Source: Dehalococcoidia bacterium (GTDB taxonomy: Bacteria > Chloroflexota > Dehalococcoidia > Bin125). From it: 64,000 nucleotides of DNA. Under the pieces are notes generated by a model. That model saw nothing but the letters and a program-made list of their open reading frames with translations, did not search any database and was not told where the DNA came from. Location: the NCBI GenBank assembly GCA_963663895.2, contig CAXXRD010000001.1:544001-608000 (forward strand), in the 5' to 3' direction. The translations under genes were made by a program, and so were the position numbers. How positions within the stretch are numbered: position 1 is the stretch's first letter; each line of letters begins with the position of its first letter. Of this stretch, positions 26,554-36,244 are shown one piece after another.

Positions 26554-28311
26554 TTACTCTTCCTCGTAGTAGGCGCTGGAGAATACATACCCGTCGTGGC
26601 GAATGATCCAGAGATTCACCACCAAATTCCCCGATGCTCTCGGATTGGGCCACTCGTACTGGAACCAGTGGCCTTCCTCCGTCGCGCCGAGCATCTCTTC
26701 GCCTATCGGCTCTCCGGCCAAAATCCCCCTGAACGCGCCGGCCGCCTGGCCAACCAGTTCGGGCGCCACGGCGGAGGCAACGATATCGCCCTCGGGACCG
26801 ACGATCATCAGCCAGTACGAGCCATCTATGCTCTCTTGGCTGTTGTAGTAGGCCAGCGTCGCCTCCACGCCCTCCCGTTCGTAGTATGCGATCGCCTTTT
26901 GCACGTAGCCTTTCGCGTAGGCTGCGGGATCATCAACGGCCGGATAGTAGCCCGACGCGAAGATCAGCCCGTCGCGGCGCACCGCGTAGCCCACCTTGGG
27001 AACTTCCTGCAGCGTCACCGGGTGCGGCCAGAGGTACTCCACCCAGACGCCTTCGCCGCCATCCTCGGCCGCGGCCAGCGCCTTGCCCAGCTCGTAGCCG
27101 TCCGACCCCACCACCTCCTTGATGTCCGTCCCGATCAGCCGGGGCAGCAGGGGATGGACGTGGTAGATGTCGTTCGCGTCGGTGGCGAAGAGGTACCACT
27201 CGCCCTCGAAGCTGGCGACGCTGTTGTAGTAGTTGCGCATGGACTCCAGACCGTCGCGCTCGTACCGCTCAATGGCCCGCTCCACGTACTGCACGGTGTA
27301 CTCCCGTGGATCGGCGTCCTGCCAGGGGGGGGAATCCACCTTGGACCCGCCGGCATAGTAGCCCGACGCGAAGATCAGCCCGTCGTGGCGGACGGCCCAG
27401 GTGATCTTCGGCTGCTCCTTCCGGGTGACCGGATGGGGCCACAGATACTCCACCCAGACGCCCTCCTCGGTGGCCCGGGCGATCTCCTTGCCCAGCTCCT
27501 GCCCGTCGGACCCCACCACCTCCTTGATATCCGTCCCGATCAGGTGCGGGAAGACGGGATGGACCAGGTAGTGGTCGTCGGCCCCGATCAGGAACAGGTA
27601 GAACTGACCCTCCAGGCTGTCCGGGCTGTTGTAGTGGGCGATGACGGCGTCGAGGCCGTCCGCGTTGTACTTGGCGATGGCCTTGTTCACGTACTCCTTG
27701 GTGGGCTCCGCCAAGTTCTCCTGCAGGACGGAGTGGCTGGATATGAAAAGCCAGCCGTCGTAAAGGATGAAGTAGGTGCGGAGATCATCCTCTCTGACCA
27801 CGACGCCAGCGTCCGTCAGGGTAGGATGGATCTCCCGATGCTCCAGCCAATCGCCGGCCTCGGTCGCTCTTTCCAAGAAATGGCCAGCATATTCGTACTT
27901 CTGGCCCAGAATAATGTCCTGATAAAACGGGATCGCTATCGCCGTGCCGTCATCCCCGTCGAGGATGATCAAGTACCGTTCCCCCTCGATGCTCTCCTCA
28001 CTGCTGTAGTAGGCGACGGTGGCATCCAGCCCGTCCCGCTTGTACCGCTCTACCGCCTCCTCCACGTAGGCGCGGGTGAGGGCGTCGTCTTCGTTGACGG
28101 GCTCGGATTCCGGGGTCGGCGCCGGCGCCGGCTCAGCAGGCTCGGGCGCCGGAGTTGCCGCCGGCGCAGGCTCGGCGGGGTCGGCCACAGGGGTCGGCGG
28201 CGGGTCATCGCCGCAGGCCACACTGAACGTCGCCACAGAAACCAAGGCAAGCGCCAATATCAGCAGGGCCGCGCCCGCCGACCGCCGCGCAACCCGTCTC
28301 GTCTGCAACAT
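26554..28311 (-). CDS. Lipoprotein with four tandem single-Cache-like domains and no output domain
   Basis: Lipobox SVAC, Pro/Ala linker, four units of YVxxAxxxY...G...YNS...YLF...G(V/H)W(V/F)EYxWP...(H/R)DGxxFxS. Confidence 0.82.
   Translation of the reverse strand: MLQTRRVARRSAGAALLILALALVSVATFSVACGDDPPPTPVADPAEPAPAATPAPEPAEPAPAPTPESEPVNEDDALTRAYVEEAVERYKRDGLDATVAYYSSEESIEGERYLIILDGDDGTAIAIPFYQDIILGQKYEYAGHFLERATEAGDWLEHREIHPTLTDAGVVVREDDLRTYFILYDGWLFISSHSVLQENLAEPTKEYVNKAIAKYNADGLDAVIAHYNSPDSLEGQFYLFLIGADDHYLVHPVFPHLIGTDIKEVVGSDGQELGKEIARATEEGVWVEYLWPHPVTRKEQPKITWAVRHDGLIFASGYYAGGSKVDSPPWQDADPREYTVQYVERAIERYERDGLESMRNYYNSVASFEGEWYLFATDANDIYHVHPLLPRLIGTDIKEVVGSDGYELGKALAAAEDGGEGVWVEYLWPHPVTLQEVPKVGYAVRRDGLIFASGYYPAVDDPAAYAKGYVQKAIAYYEREGVEATLAYYNSQESIDGSYWLMIVGPEGDIVASAVAPELVGQAAGAFRGILAGEPIGEEMLGATEEGHWFQYEWPNPRASGNLVVNLWIIRHDGYVFSSAYYEEE
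26945..27715. repeat. Near-identical direct repeat of about 770 bp (partner 28795-29565) encoding Cache domains 2-3
   Basis: Colinear at a constant 1850-bp offset at both ends; long identical stretches seen by eye. Confidence 0.92.
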
Positions 28312-28373
28312 GTCGTTTCCCTCTCCCTGCCTGGCGGCTTAGGCAGCCGTTCCTCGCCCTAACTTATCTACGC

Positions 28374-30335
28374 CTATCCGTCGCTCTGGGCCGAATCAGG
28401 AACGTCCGGCCGGTCGTCGTAGTAGCGTGAGGTGAAGAGCAGCCCGTCGTAGCGGATGGCCCAGGTATGCGCGTACAAGATCTCCGAGGACCGGACGTTG
28501 GGGAAGACGTTGCTGACCCAGAGGCCCTCCTCGGTGGCCGCCGCCATCTCCCTGCCAATCTGCCGGATGCGGCCCGCGCCAAGATCCTTCAAGTCGGTCC
28601 CTATGAGATGTTGAGCGAGCAGGGCGACGCGCACGATGTCGTTCTCATCGGCCAGGGTCAGGCTCCACTGGCCGTCAGCGCTCTCCTCACTGTTGTAATG
28701 GGCGATGGTGGCGTCCAGGCCGTTGGCCTGGTAGTACTCGACGGCCTGCTGTACATACGCCTGGGTCTGCGCCGCCGGGTCTTCCACGTGGACGTAGTAG
28801 CCGGAGGCGAAGAGCATCCCGTCGCGGCGCACCGCGTAGCCCACCTTGGGAACTTCCTTGAGCGTCACCGGATGCGGCCACAGGTACTCCACCCAGACGC
28901 CTTCGCCGCCATCCTCGGCCGCGGCCAGCGCCTTACCCAGCTCGTAGCCGTCCGACCCCACCACCTCCTTGATGTCCGTCCCGATCAGCTGGGGCAGCAG
29001 CGGATGGACATGGTAGATGTCGTTCGCGTCGGTGGCGAAGAGGTACCACTCGCCCTCGAAGCTGGCGACGCTGTTGTAGTAGTTGCGCATGGATTCCAGA
29101 CCGTCGCGCTCGTACCGCTCAATGGCCCGCTCCACGTACTGCACGGTGTACTCCCGCGGGTCGGCGTCCTGCCAAGGGGGGGCGCCCGCCTCGGGCGCGC
29201 CGACATAGTAGCCCGACGCGAAGATCAGCCCGTCGTGGCGGACGGCCCAGGTGACCTTCTGCTGCTCCTTCCGGGTGATCGGATGGGGCCACAGGTACTC
29301 CACCCAGACGCCCTCCTCGGTGGCCCGGGCGATCTCCTTGCCCAGCTCCTGCCCGTCGGACCCCACCACCTCCTTGATGTCCGTCCCAATCAGGTGCGGG
29401 AAGATGGGATGGGCCAGGTAGTGGTCGTCGGCCCCGATTAGGAACAGGTAGAACTGGCCCTCCAGGCTGTCCGAGCTGTTGTAGTGCGCGATGGTGGCGT
29501 CGAGGCCGTCCTCGTCGTATTTGGCGATGGCCTTGCGCACGTACTCCTTAGTGGACTCTCCCACGTCCTCCGTCAGGGCGGAATGGCTGGCGACGAACAC
29601 CAGGCCGTCATGAAGGACGCCAAAGACCCGTCGCGGCTCCTCCTGCTTGGTGACCGGGTTGATGCCCCGGGTCGTAACCCAGCGGCCTTCTTCGGTGGCG
29701 ACGGCTGTCAACCCCCCCAAAGCGGGGAACCTCGAGCCGGGGCCGACGTACTGGCCCTCCAGGCTGCGAAGGGCGTGGTACACCAGCAATACGCTTTCTT
29801 CAGCGTCCAGGATGATCAGCGGGCGCCCGTCGGCGACGCCGGTCGCGCTCCGGTAGTAGGCGACCGTGGCCGCCCGCCCATTGGCTTTGTAGTAGTCGAT
29901 GACGTCCATCACGTAAGCGTGGGTGAGTATCTCGTCCGCGTTGTTCAGGCCATGGATCGCGGTTAGCGACTGCCACGCGCCCCAGGAAGTGGCGGCGGGG
30001 GCTTGCCGGCTCTCGCTGCCCACGCTGAACCAGTAGGCGTCGTCCTTGATGAGACTCTCGGCTGGTACGACGTGCGTGGCGCCGGCCGGGACGGCGGCGT
30101 AGTGCAGCGCCGCGGTCCAGTCGCCGGCGTCTCTGGCCGCCTGGTATTCGTCGTCGTTCATCCACGCCACCCAGTGGGCGGCGGCATCATTCTGGTCCCA
30201 GCTGACGAGGACGCCTTCCTCGGTGCTGACCAGCGTCACCCCGCTGGGCGCCGCTGGCGAGTGCGCGGCGGCGGCGAAGCCGACGAAGCAGAGGGCGATG
30301 AGGGCGGGGGCGCTGAGAGCCACAAAGCGTTTCAC
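28374..30335 (-). CDS. Secreted protein: beta-rich (FN3-like) N-terminal module plus four tandem Cache-like domains
   Basis: Signal peptide; PAAPSGV...VSW...YWFSVG module; four Cache units paralogous to 26554-28311. Confidence 0.82.
   Translation of the reverse strand: MKRFVALSAPALIALCFVGFAAAAHSPAAPSGVTLVSTEEGVLVSWDQNDAAAHWVAWMNDDEYQAARDAGDWTAALHYAAVPAGATHVVPAESLIKDDAYWFSVGSESRQAPAATSWGAWQSLTAIHGLNNADEILTHAYVMDVIDYYKANGRAATVAYYRSATGVADGRPLIILDAEESVLLVYHALRSLEGQYVGPGSRFPALGGLTAVATEEGRWVTTRGINPVTKQEEPRRVFGVLHDGLVFVASHSALTEDVGESTKEYVRKAIAKYDEDGLDATIAHYNSSDSLEGQFYLFLIGADDHYLAHPIFPHLIGTDIKEVVGSDGQELGKEIARATEEGVWVEYLWPHPITRKEQQKVTWAVRHDGLIFASGYYVGAPEAGAPPWQDADPREYTVQYVERAIERYERDGLESMRNYYNSVASFEGEWYLFATDANDIYHVHPLLPQLIGTDIKEVVGSDGYELGKALAAAEDGGEGVWVEYLWPHPVTLKEVPKVGYAVRRDGMLFASGYYVHVEDPAAQTQAYVQQAVEYYQANGLDATIAHYNSEESADGQWSLTLADENDIVRVALLAQHLIGTDLKDLGAGRIRQIGREMAAATEEGLWVSNVFPNVRSSEILYAHTWAIRYDGLLFTSRYYDDRPDVPDSAQSDG
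29946..30335. repeat. 390-bp inverted repeat (partner 32566-32955): shared signal peptide plus FN3-like module
   Basis: Both genes encode EGVLVSWDQNDAA.HWVAWMNDDEYQAA.DAGDWT.AL...YWF.VGSESRQ.PAATSWGAWQS.TAIHGL, colinear; the ribosome-binding regions are also similar. Confidence 0.9.
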
Positions 30336-30395
30336 GGTTCCATCTCCTGAGCGATTGTCGCCGGCGGATCCTGTCCGTTGGGTTGTTCAGATGTC

Positions 30396-30496
30396 GAGCG
30401 CGCGGATTGATGGTCAATACCATCCTGCCTGTGGGTTAGAGTAGCGGAAGGCGAGCGCGGGGGCACGGTCGCGGAGCGCGCGGGTTTGATGGTCAA
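30396..30496. promoter_or_regulatory. Two copies of GAGCGCGCGG..TTGATGGTCAA in the divergent promoter region
   Basis: TTGA-TGG-TCAA palindrome at 30407-30417 and 30486-30496, each preceded by GAGCGCGCGG. Confidence 0.55.
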
Positions 30497-30527
30497 CCAT
30501 TCCGAGATAGCTTGAAGGTGATTCAAA

Positions 30528-32249
30528 ATTCGCTACGAACCGGATGAGAAGTGCCCGCCGCTAGTGGCAATGACTTCGGCGGTGCAGATATTCCTACCCA
30601 ACACCATCGGCCTCATCATGCTCGTGGCGCTGGTGGTGCGGGCAGCCGGCGAGTCCGACGCCTATTTGAGTTGGGTGACATTTACCGCGCTGGCAGTCTC
30701 CGGCGCCGGCATGATCCTACAAGCCTTTCGGTTCCGGTATCTGGGGTCGGGCCGCCTCATCGTCACCAACTTCAACATTCCCTTCCTGGCGGTTTGCGCT
30801 TTGGCGATCGAAGCCGGCGGGCCGAATCTGCTGGCCAGCTTGATAGTGGCTTCTACGTTGGTGCAGTTCGTTTTGACCCTGCGCCTCGCCGCCCTCCGCC
30901 GGGTGTTTACTTCGACAGTGAGTGGAGTAGTGGTGATGTTAGTGGCGGTTTCCGCCGTGCCTTACATCATCAGCAGCACAGTGGTCGTACCGGAAGGCGT
31001 ATCGTCGACGCTTTTTTTGGCGCCTGGACTGGCCGCTCTGATCGTTGGGATTGCAATATCTCTTCACGGCACGCCGCTTTGGCGCATGTGGATTCTGCCG
31101 GTCACCGGAGCGGCAGGCATAATTGTAGCCGCGCCCCTGGGATTCTACGACATCGGCTCCATAATTGATGCTCCGTGGGTGAGCTTGCCCGGTTTCGGTT
31201 GGCCTGGGTTGGACCTGTCCTTTGACACGAATTTCTGGGCCCTGTTTCCGGTCTTCGTGTTTGTGAATCTGACTGCATTTATGAAAACAGTGGGGGATTT
31301 ATCGGTGATTCACCGCGCCTCCTACCGGAAACCGGAGGCGACTGACTACCGTGCGGTTCAGAGGGGTCTAAACACGTACGGGATGGGCACCCTCTTTTCC
31401 GGCCTCCTGGGAACTGTCCCCGTCGCCGCGCCATGGGCGGTCACCGCAGTGTACATCGGCTTTAACGGCATCGCTGCCAGGAGCGTCGGGATATACCTGG
31501 GACTGCTGACCATAGCAGTCGCCCCCTTTTCCAAATTTCTGGCCGTATTGATCGCCATCCCCGGCCCGGTGGTAAGTGCGGTATACATCATCATTTTCGG
31601 GCTGCTCTTTGTCGAAGGCGCGAAAACGGTCTTCGGCAGTCTCTTCACCGGCCAAGTTGACCAGAAAAAATCCACTATCACCGGCATTTCTATGGTGCTC
31701 GGCCTGTCTGCCGGGATTTTCAGCGGACTTACGGAAGGGATTACCAGTCAGTTGGTGGGCAATACCATCGTCGTCGGCGGTCTTGCGGCCATTGGCATGA
31801 CCTTACTCAACGAATTACCAAGTTTTCGCATCAAGCGGTTGCAGGTTGATCTATCCGAGGCTTCTCTGCCTGCCGTTGACAATTTTCTTAGCCAATTCGC
31901 CGACAGCCATTCATGGACGGAGAACGGGAAAGCCCGGCTGCGGCTGGTAGGGGAAGAGGTGCTGTTGAGCCTGCTGGAAGAAGAGAATGATGGACAGGCG
32001 GAGCAGAAGCGCCGGTTGGTCGCCACGATTCGCCCTGAAAGCAATTCAGCCGAGCTGGAGATCGTGGTTGCTTCGGACGACGCCATCCAAGGAAATATCG
32101 AAAGCCGCATGATGTACCTGGACGAGGGACAGGCGCTGGAGGACGATCAAGGGATGTCCATCCGCATCCTGCGTCAATACGCCTCATCCGTGCACCATCG
32201 CCAATACTACGGCGTAGATATAATCACTTGCCGTGTGATGGATGAGTAG
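30528..32249 (+). CDS. NCS2 (xanthine/uracil permease)-family protein with a soluble C-terminal HATPase-like extension; start uncertain (ATT 30528 or GTG 30564)
   Basis: IRYEPDEKCPP N-terminus, many TM segments, IPGPV motif; C-terminal RLRLVGEEVLLSL...GMSIRILRQYASSVHHRQY domain; visibly more AT-rich than its flanks. Confidence 0.75.
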   Translation: MRYEPDEKCPPLVAMTSAVQIFLPNTIGLIMLVALVVRAAGESDAYLSWVTFTALAVSGAGMILQAFRFRYLGSGRLIVTNFNIPFLAVCALAIEAGGPNLLASLIVASTLVQFVLTLRLAALRRVFTSTVSGVVVMLVAVSAVPYIISSTVVVPEGVSSTLFLAPGLAALIVGIAISLHGTPLWRMWILPVTGAAGIIVAAPLGFYDIGSIIDAPWVSLPGFGWPGLDLSFDTNFWALFPVFVFVNLTAFMKTVGDLSVIHRASYRKPEATDYRAVQRGLNTYGMGTLFSGLLGTVPVAAPWAVTAVYIGFNGIAARSVGIYLGLLTIAVAPFSKFLAVLIAIPGPVVSAVYIIIFGLLFVEGAKTVFGSLFTGQVDQKKSTITGISMVLGLSAGIFSGLTEGITSQLVGNTIVVGGLAAIGMTLLNELPSFRIKRLQVDLSEASLPAVDNFLSQFADSHSWTENGKARLRLVGEEVLLSLLEEENDGQAEQKRRLVATIRPESNSAELEIVVASDDAIQGNIESRMMYLDEGQALEDDQGMSIRILRQYASSVHHRQYYGVDIITCRVMDE

Positions 32250-32565
32250 CGCGGCCAGAGTGAGGGGGATCTCTTCCTTCAAGCAGAGAGGGACTTGCCG
32301 GCATTTCCGGACCAGGGCATACTCGTCGTTGACGGGGACATCCCACTCTGGCGTGGCGCGTCCACCGATCGCAACGCCAAACCGAGGGATGGTCTGAATA
32401 AGTCTGCGGCTGCGGCATGGGATGCCCCGCGCGCCCGGATGGCCGTCCGGCTCCAATCCGTCATGCGGGTGAAGGCCGGAGTGCTGGTCGGGTAATTTCG
32501 CCGCCGCGCGACGCAACCTGTGCAGGCCCCCGGCCTCTGCCGACGAATATTCCGGAGATTGCATC

Positions 32566-34674
32566 GTGAAACATCTGCTTGCCCTGGCCGCTCCCGTTCT
32601 CATCGCCCTCTGCTTCGTCGGCCTGGTGTCGGCGCAAGCCCCGCCGGCGGCCCCGACCGGCGTCATGGTGCACAGCGCCGGCGAGGGCGTCCTCGTCAGC
32701 TGGGACCAGAACGATGCCGCCGTCCACTGGGTGGCGTGGATGAACGACGACGAATACCAGGCGGCAAAAGACGCCGGCGACTGGACCACGGCGCTGCGCT
32801 ACGCCTCCGTCCCGGCCGGCGACACGCACGTCGTCCCCGCCGCGCGTCTCATCAAAGACGCGGACTACTGGTTCGCCGTGGGCAGCGAGAGCCGACAAAC
32901 CCCCGCCGCCACTTCCTGGGGCGCGTGGCAGTCGGTGACCGCGATCCACGGCCTGGACGGGGACGCAGACATCGTCGACCAGCTCCGCGAGAACGCGGAG
33001 GCGTTCGAGTACGCCATCGGACAGCCGGGCGGGACGCTGACGCGGGCGACGATCGGCGAGCCGCTGACCCTGAACCTGGCCATCGCCAACGACGCCTCTT
33101 CGTCGGGCATCCTCAGCTTTCTGTTCGAAGGGCTGACCGAGACCTCTTGGCTGACGGACCGGGTCGAGCCCGCGCTGGCGGAGTCCTGGGAGCGCTCGGA
33201 TGACGGGCTGACCTGGACCTTCCACCTGCGCAGAGACGTCACCTGGCACGACGGGCAGGGCTTCACGGCCCAGGACGTGGACTTCACCTTCAACCGGATC
33301 ATCTACAACGACGAGATCCCGGCCAGCAGCCGGCCGACGTTCACCTTCCGCTTCCCGGACGAGGAGAGCGGCGGCTGGCGGGAAGCGCCGATGACCGTCA
33401 CGGCGCTGGACGCGTACACGGTCCAGTTCGTTCTGCCGGTTCCTTTCGCGCCGTTCCTGCGCTCCATGGGCACCGCTATCTACCCCAGGCACATCCTGGA
33501 GCCGCACGTGGACGACGGCACGTTCGCCTCGACCTGGGACATCGACACGGACCCCGCCGCCGTGATCGGCACGGGTCCCTTCACCATTGAGCGCTGGGAC
33601 CGCGGCGAACGCCTGGTCCTGCAGCGCAACCCGAGCTACTGGCTCCGGGACGAGGCGGGCAACCGCCTGCCCTACCTGGACCGGGTGATCTACGAGATCG
33701 TGGCGGATACCGAGGTCACGCGCGCCCGGTTCCAGGCAGGCGCGACGGACGTGCACAGCATGCGCGGCGAGGAGTTCGCGATCTTCGAGCCGCTGCAGGA
33801 GGAGGGCAACTTCACGATCCACCGGCGCGGTCCCGCCTTCGGGACGACGTTCCTGGCGTTCAACATGAACCCCGGCAGCGATCCCGAGAGCGGCGAGCCG
33901 TACCTCGCGGCGGAGAAGCTGGAGTGGTTCCGGAACCCGCAGTTCCGCCGGGCCGTCGCGCACAGCGTCGACAAGGCAGCGATCATCCGGGGGGTCCAGG
34001 ACGGACTCGGCTACCCGCAATGGTCCTCCGTCAGCCCGGCCGCGGGCGACTTCCACAACCCCGACGTCCGCCGCTACGCGTACGACATCGACGAGGCCAA
34101 CGCGATCCTCGACGGCCTCGGTTGGGTGGACAGCGATGGGGACGGGATCCGCGAAGACGGCGCCGGCAACCCGATCGAGTTCTCGCTGGTGACCAACAGC
34201 GACAACACCGTGCGCGAAAAGGTCACGCTGCGGTTGCAGGAGGGACTCGCTCAGATCGGCGTCCAGGCGAACTATATACCGGTCGAGTTCGGCGTTCTCG
34301 TCTCCCAGCTGACGGCATCCTACGACTGGGAGACAATGGTGATCGGCTTCACCGGGGGATCGGACCCGTACGGCGGCATCGGGTTCTGGCACAGCAGCGA
34401 GCCTCTGCATCTGTGGCACCCGAATCAGTCTCAGCCCGCGACGGAATGGGAAGCCGAGATCGACGATCTCTACGTCAGGGCCGCCCAGGAGTTGGACCGT
34501 GACAGGCGGGTGGCGCTCTACCACCGCGCCCAGGAGATCGCCGCCGAGCATGTGCCGGTCATTTACACGACGCTCCCCGAGCGGCTGAGCGCGGTCCGAA
34601 ACGTCTTCGGCAACACGACGCCTACGTTGTACGGGCTCTGGGACATCCGCTACCTGTACCGAACGGACCGCTGA
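32566..34674 (+). CDS. Family-5 ABC substrate-binding protein with an N-terminal FN3-like module
   Basis: EPALAESWERSDDGLTWTFHLR...WHDG...DVDFTF, GTGPF, NPSYW...PYLD; no permease genes adjacent. Confidence 0.88.
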   Translation: MKHLLALAAPVLIALCFVGLVSAQAPPAAPTGVMVHSAGEGVLVSWDQNDAAVHWVAWMNDDEYQAAKDAGDWTTALRYASVPAGDTHVVPAARLIKDADYWFAVGSESRQTPAATSWGAWQSVTAIHGLDGDADIVDQLRENAEAFEYAIGQPGGTLTRATIGEPLTLNLAIANDASSSGILSFLFEGLTETSWLTDRVEPALAESWERSDDGLTWTFHLRRDVTWHDGQGFTAQDVDFTFNRIIYNDEIPASSRPTFTFRFPDEESGGWREAPMTVTALDAYTVQFVLPVPFAPFLRSMGTAIYPRHILEPHVDDGTFASTWDIDTDPAAVIGTGPFTIERWDRGERLVLQRNPSYWLRDEAGNRLPYLDRVIYEIVADTEVTRARFQAGATDVHSMRGEEFAIFEPLQEEGNFTIHRRGPAFGTTFLAFNMNPGSDPESGEPYLAAEKLEWFRNPQFRRAVAHSVDKAAIIRGVQDGLGYPQWSSVSPAAGDFHNPDVRRYAYDIDEANAILDGLGWVDSDGDGIREDGAGNPIEFSLVTNSDNTVREKVTLRLQEGLAQIGVQANYIPVEFGVLVSQLTASYDWETMVIGFTGGSDPYGGIGFWHSSEPLHLWHPNQSQPATEWEAEIDDLYVRAAQELDRDRRVALYHRAQEIAAEHVPVIYTTLPERLSAVRNVFGNTTPTLYGLWDIRYLYRTDR

Positions 34675-34724
34675 CCGGCGCCCGCTGAATCGAAGGTGCT
34701 CGTCAGCGGCCGGGTCTCCCGGCC

Positions 34725-35792
34725 TTAGAGATTGTCCTCGAAGAAGGCGACGATCCGGCGCCGGTACTCGTCCGGGGCGGTGGTGGCGCCCTCACTGTGT
34801 CCCGCTCCGGGGATCAGCCAGAGCTCCTTGGGCTCGCCCGCCGCCGCGAAGATGGCCTCGCTGTCGGCCGGGGAGATGGTCTCGTCGTCGAGGCCGTGCA
34901 TCACCAGCAGCGGCGTGGGCGACAGCGCTGGGACGGTCCGCTCGGGCACGACGTCGTCTGTGCCGATGCCCGTCCGGCGCTCCGCCAGCCACACGGTGAT
35001 GGGCGCGAAGGGGAACGCCGGCAGGCCGACGAAATGGCTGAAGCTCTGGGCGACGGCCGAGTCCACGCTGCGGAACGGCGCCTCGGCCGCCACGGCCAGC
35101 ACGTCGTCGCTCTCCGCCGCCGCCAGGATGGCGGTGGCCCCGCCCTGGGAGAGTCCCAGCAAACCGACCTTGGAGCCGTCCAAGCCGGGTCTGGCCTTGA
35201 GATGGTCGATCGCGGCCAGGGCGTCCTCCCGCTCGTAGTAACCGAGGGAGACGAACTCCCCGCCGCTCTCCCCCCGGTTGCGGAAGTCGAACAGCAGAAC
35301 GGTGAAGCCGGCGTCGTACAGCATTTCGGCGTGCGGGAGAAGCTCCCGCCGGTCGCAGCGGTAGCCGTGCAGGAGCACCACCGCCTCGTCGCGCTCGCCG
35401 ACGGCCAGCCAGCCCGCCAGCCTGGTGCCGTCCGCGCTGCGGAAGGCGACCGGCTCGACCGCCGCTTCCAAAACAGGGTACTCGGCCAACTCGGGCGGGT
35501 CGTCGCAGGCGCTGGGGTGGATGGCCCGCTCGGAGCCGATCCAGGCCACCCCCAGCAACAGCAGCGCGGTGAGGAGCACGCTGGCGCCCATGTAGCCGTT
35601 GGCCGCCGCCCGCGGCCAGCGCCGTTCGCTCGGCCGCAACCACATGTAGAGGTAGACGAAGGGCGCGGGCACGAACACCCAGGCGACGAGCAGGACCGCG
35701 AACGAACCGCCGCCCATCCCCATCAAGGCCGCGAAGGCGGCGACGGCCGCCAGAAACAGCCCGATCCCGGCTTTCAGGGCATTACGCGTCAT
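34725..35792 (-). CDS. Membrane-anchored alpha/beta hydrolase
   Basis: N-terminal TM segments; LHG, GLSQGG nucleophile elbow, HGLDD, GAGH. Confidence 0.85.
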   Translation of the reverse strand: MTRNALKAGIGLFLAAVAAFAALMGMGGGSFAVLLVAWVFVPAPFVYLYMWLRPSERRWPRAAANGYMGASVLLTALLLLGVAWIGSERAIHPSACDDPPELAEYPVLEAAVEPVAFRSADGTRLAGWLAVGERDEAVVLLHGYRCDRRELLPHAEMLYDAGFTVLLFDFRNRGESGGEFVSLGYYEREDALAAIDHLKARPGLDGSKVGLLGLSQGGATAILAAAESDDVLAVAAEAPFRSVDSAVAQSFSHFVGLPAFPFAPITVWLAERRTGIGTDDVVPERTVPALSPTPLLVMHGLDDETISPADSEAIFAAAGEPKELWLIPGAGHSEGATTAPDEYRRRIVAFFEDNL

Positions 35793-35938
35793 CGGAGTGA
35801 GATACCAGCCTTCGTACGGCTCAGCAAATGCTCGCTCGGGAAATACTCGTCTCGCCCGGAGGATGAGGCAACGGCATGTCGCCAGTCCACCTTCCCTTAG
35901 GGAGAGACGCTTGCAGAGCTCCCCAACGCCTCTCTCGC

Positions 35939-35963
35939 CATTCCGGCGAAAGCCAGGATCCAG
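35939..35963 (+). repeat. Degenerate REP-like palindromic element
   Basis: CATTCCGGCGAAAGCCAGGATCCAG resembles the widespread GTCATTCCGGCGAAAGCCGGAATCCAG hairpin repeat; single copy in this window. Confidence 0.4.
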
Positions 35964-36244
35964 CAGGCTGAAGGCTCCCGCGAGAGTGCCACGCACTTCG
36001 CCCAGCCGTCGGTCCCGTGAGAGATCAGTTCGCTAGCTATCAGGCCTCCTGCTAGGGGGTGAACCTAACTGAGAAGAGGGCACGTATAACTTAGAGGAGG
36101 ATGCGTCCCTGATTCGTGTCCTCTCCTCTCGCGCCAGGCGCAGGAAATGCGCAGGGGCAGGGTGGAACAGACAAGCAGCGCTGCGGATTTGGGTAGGAGA
36201 CCGATATGCTTTCGAGCCCCGTCTTGGCTCCCCATCGTGTGGAC

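Noticed and set aside
25705-28362. 885-aa plus-strand ORF, and similar long ORFs such as 5882-7501, 32461-34551 and 51806-53254
   Set aside because: Antisense shadows of well-supported genes, expected at high GC; no recognisable motifs.
26945-29565. Diversity-generating retroelement TR/VR pair
   Set aside because: No reverse transcriptase in the window; the repeat is far longer than a TR/VR, and the differences seen are not adenine-specific.
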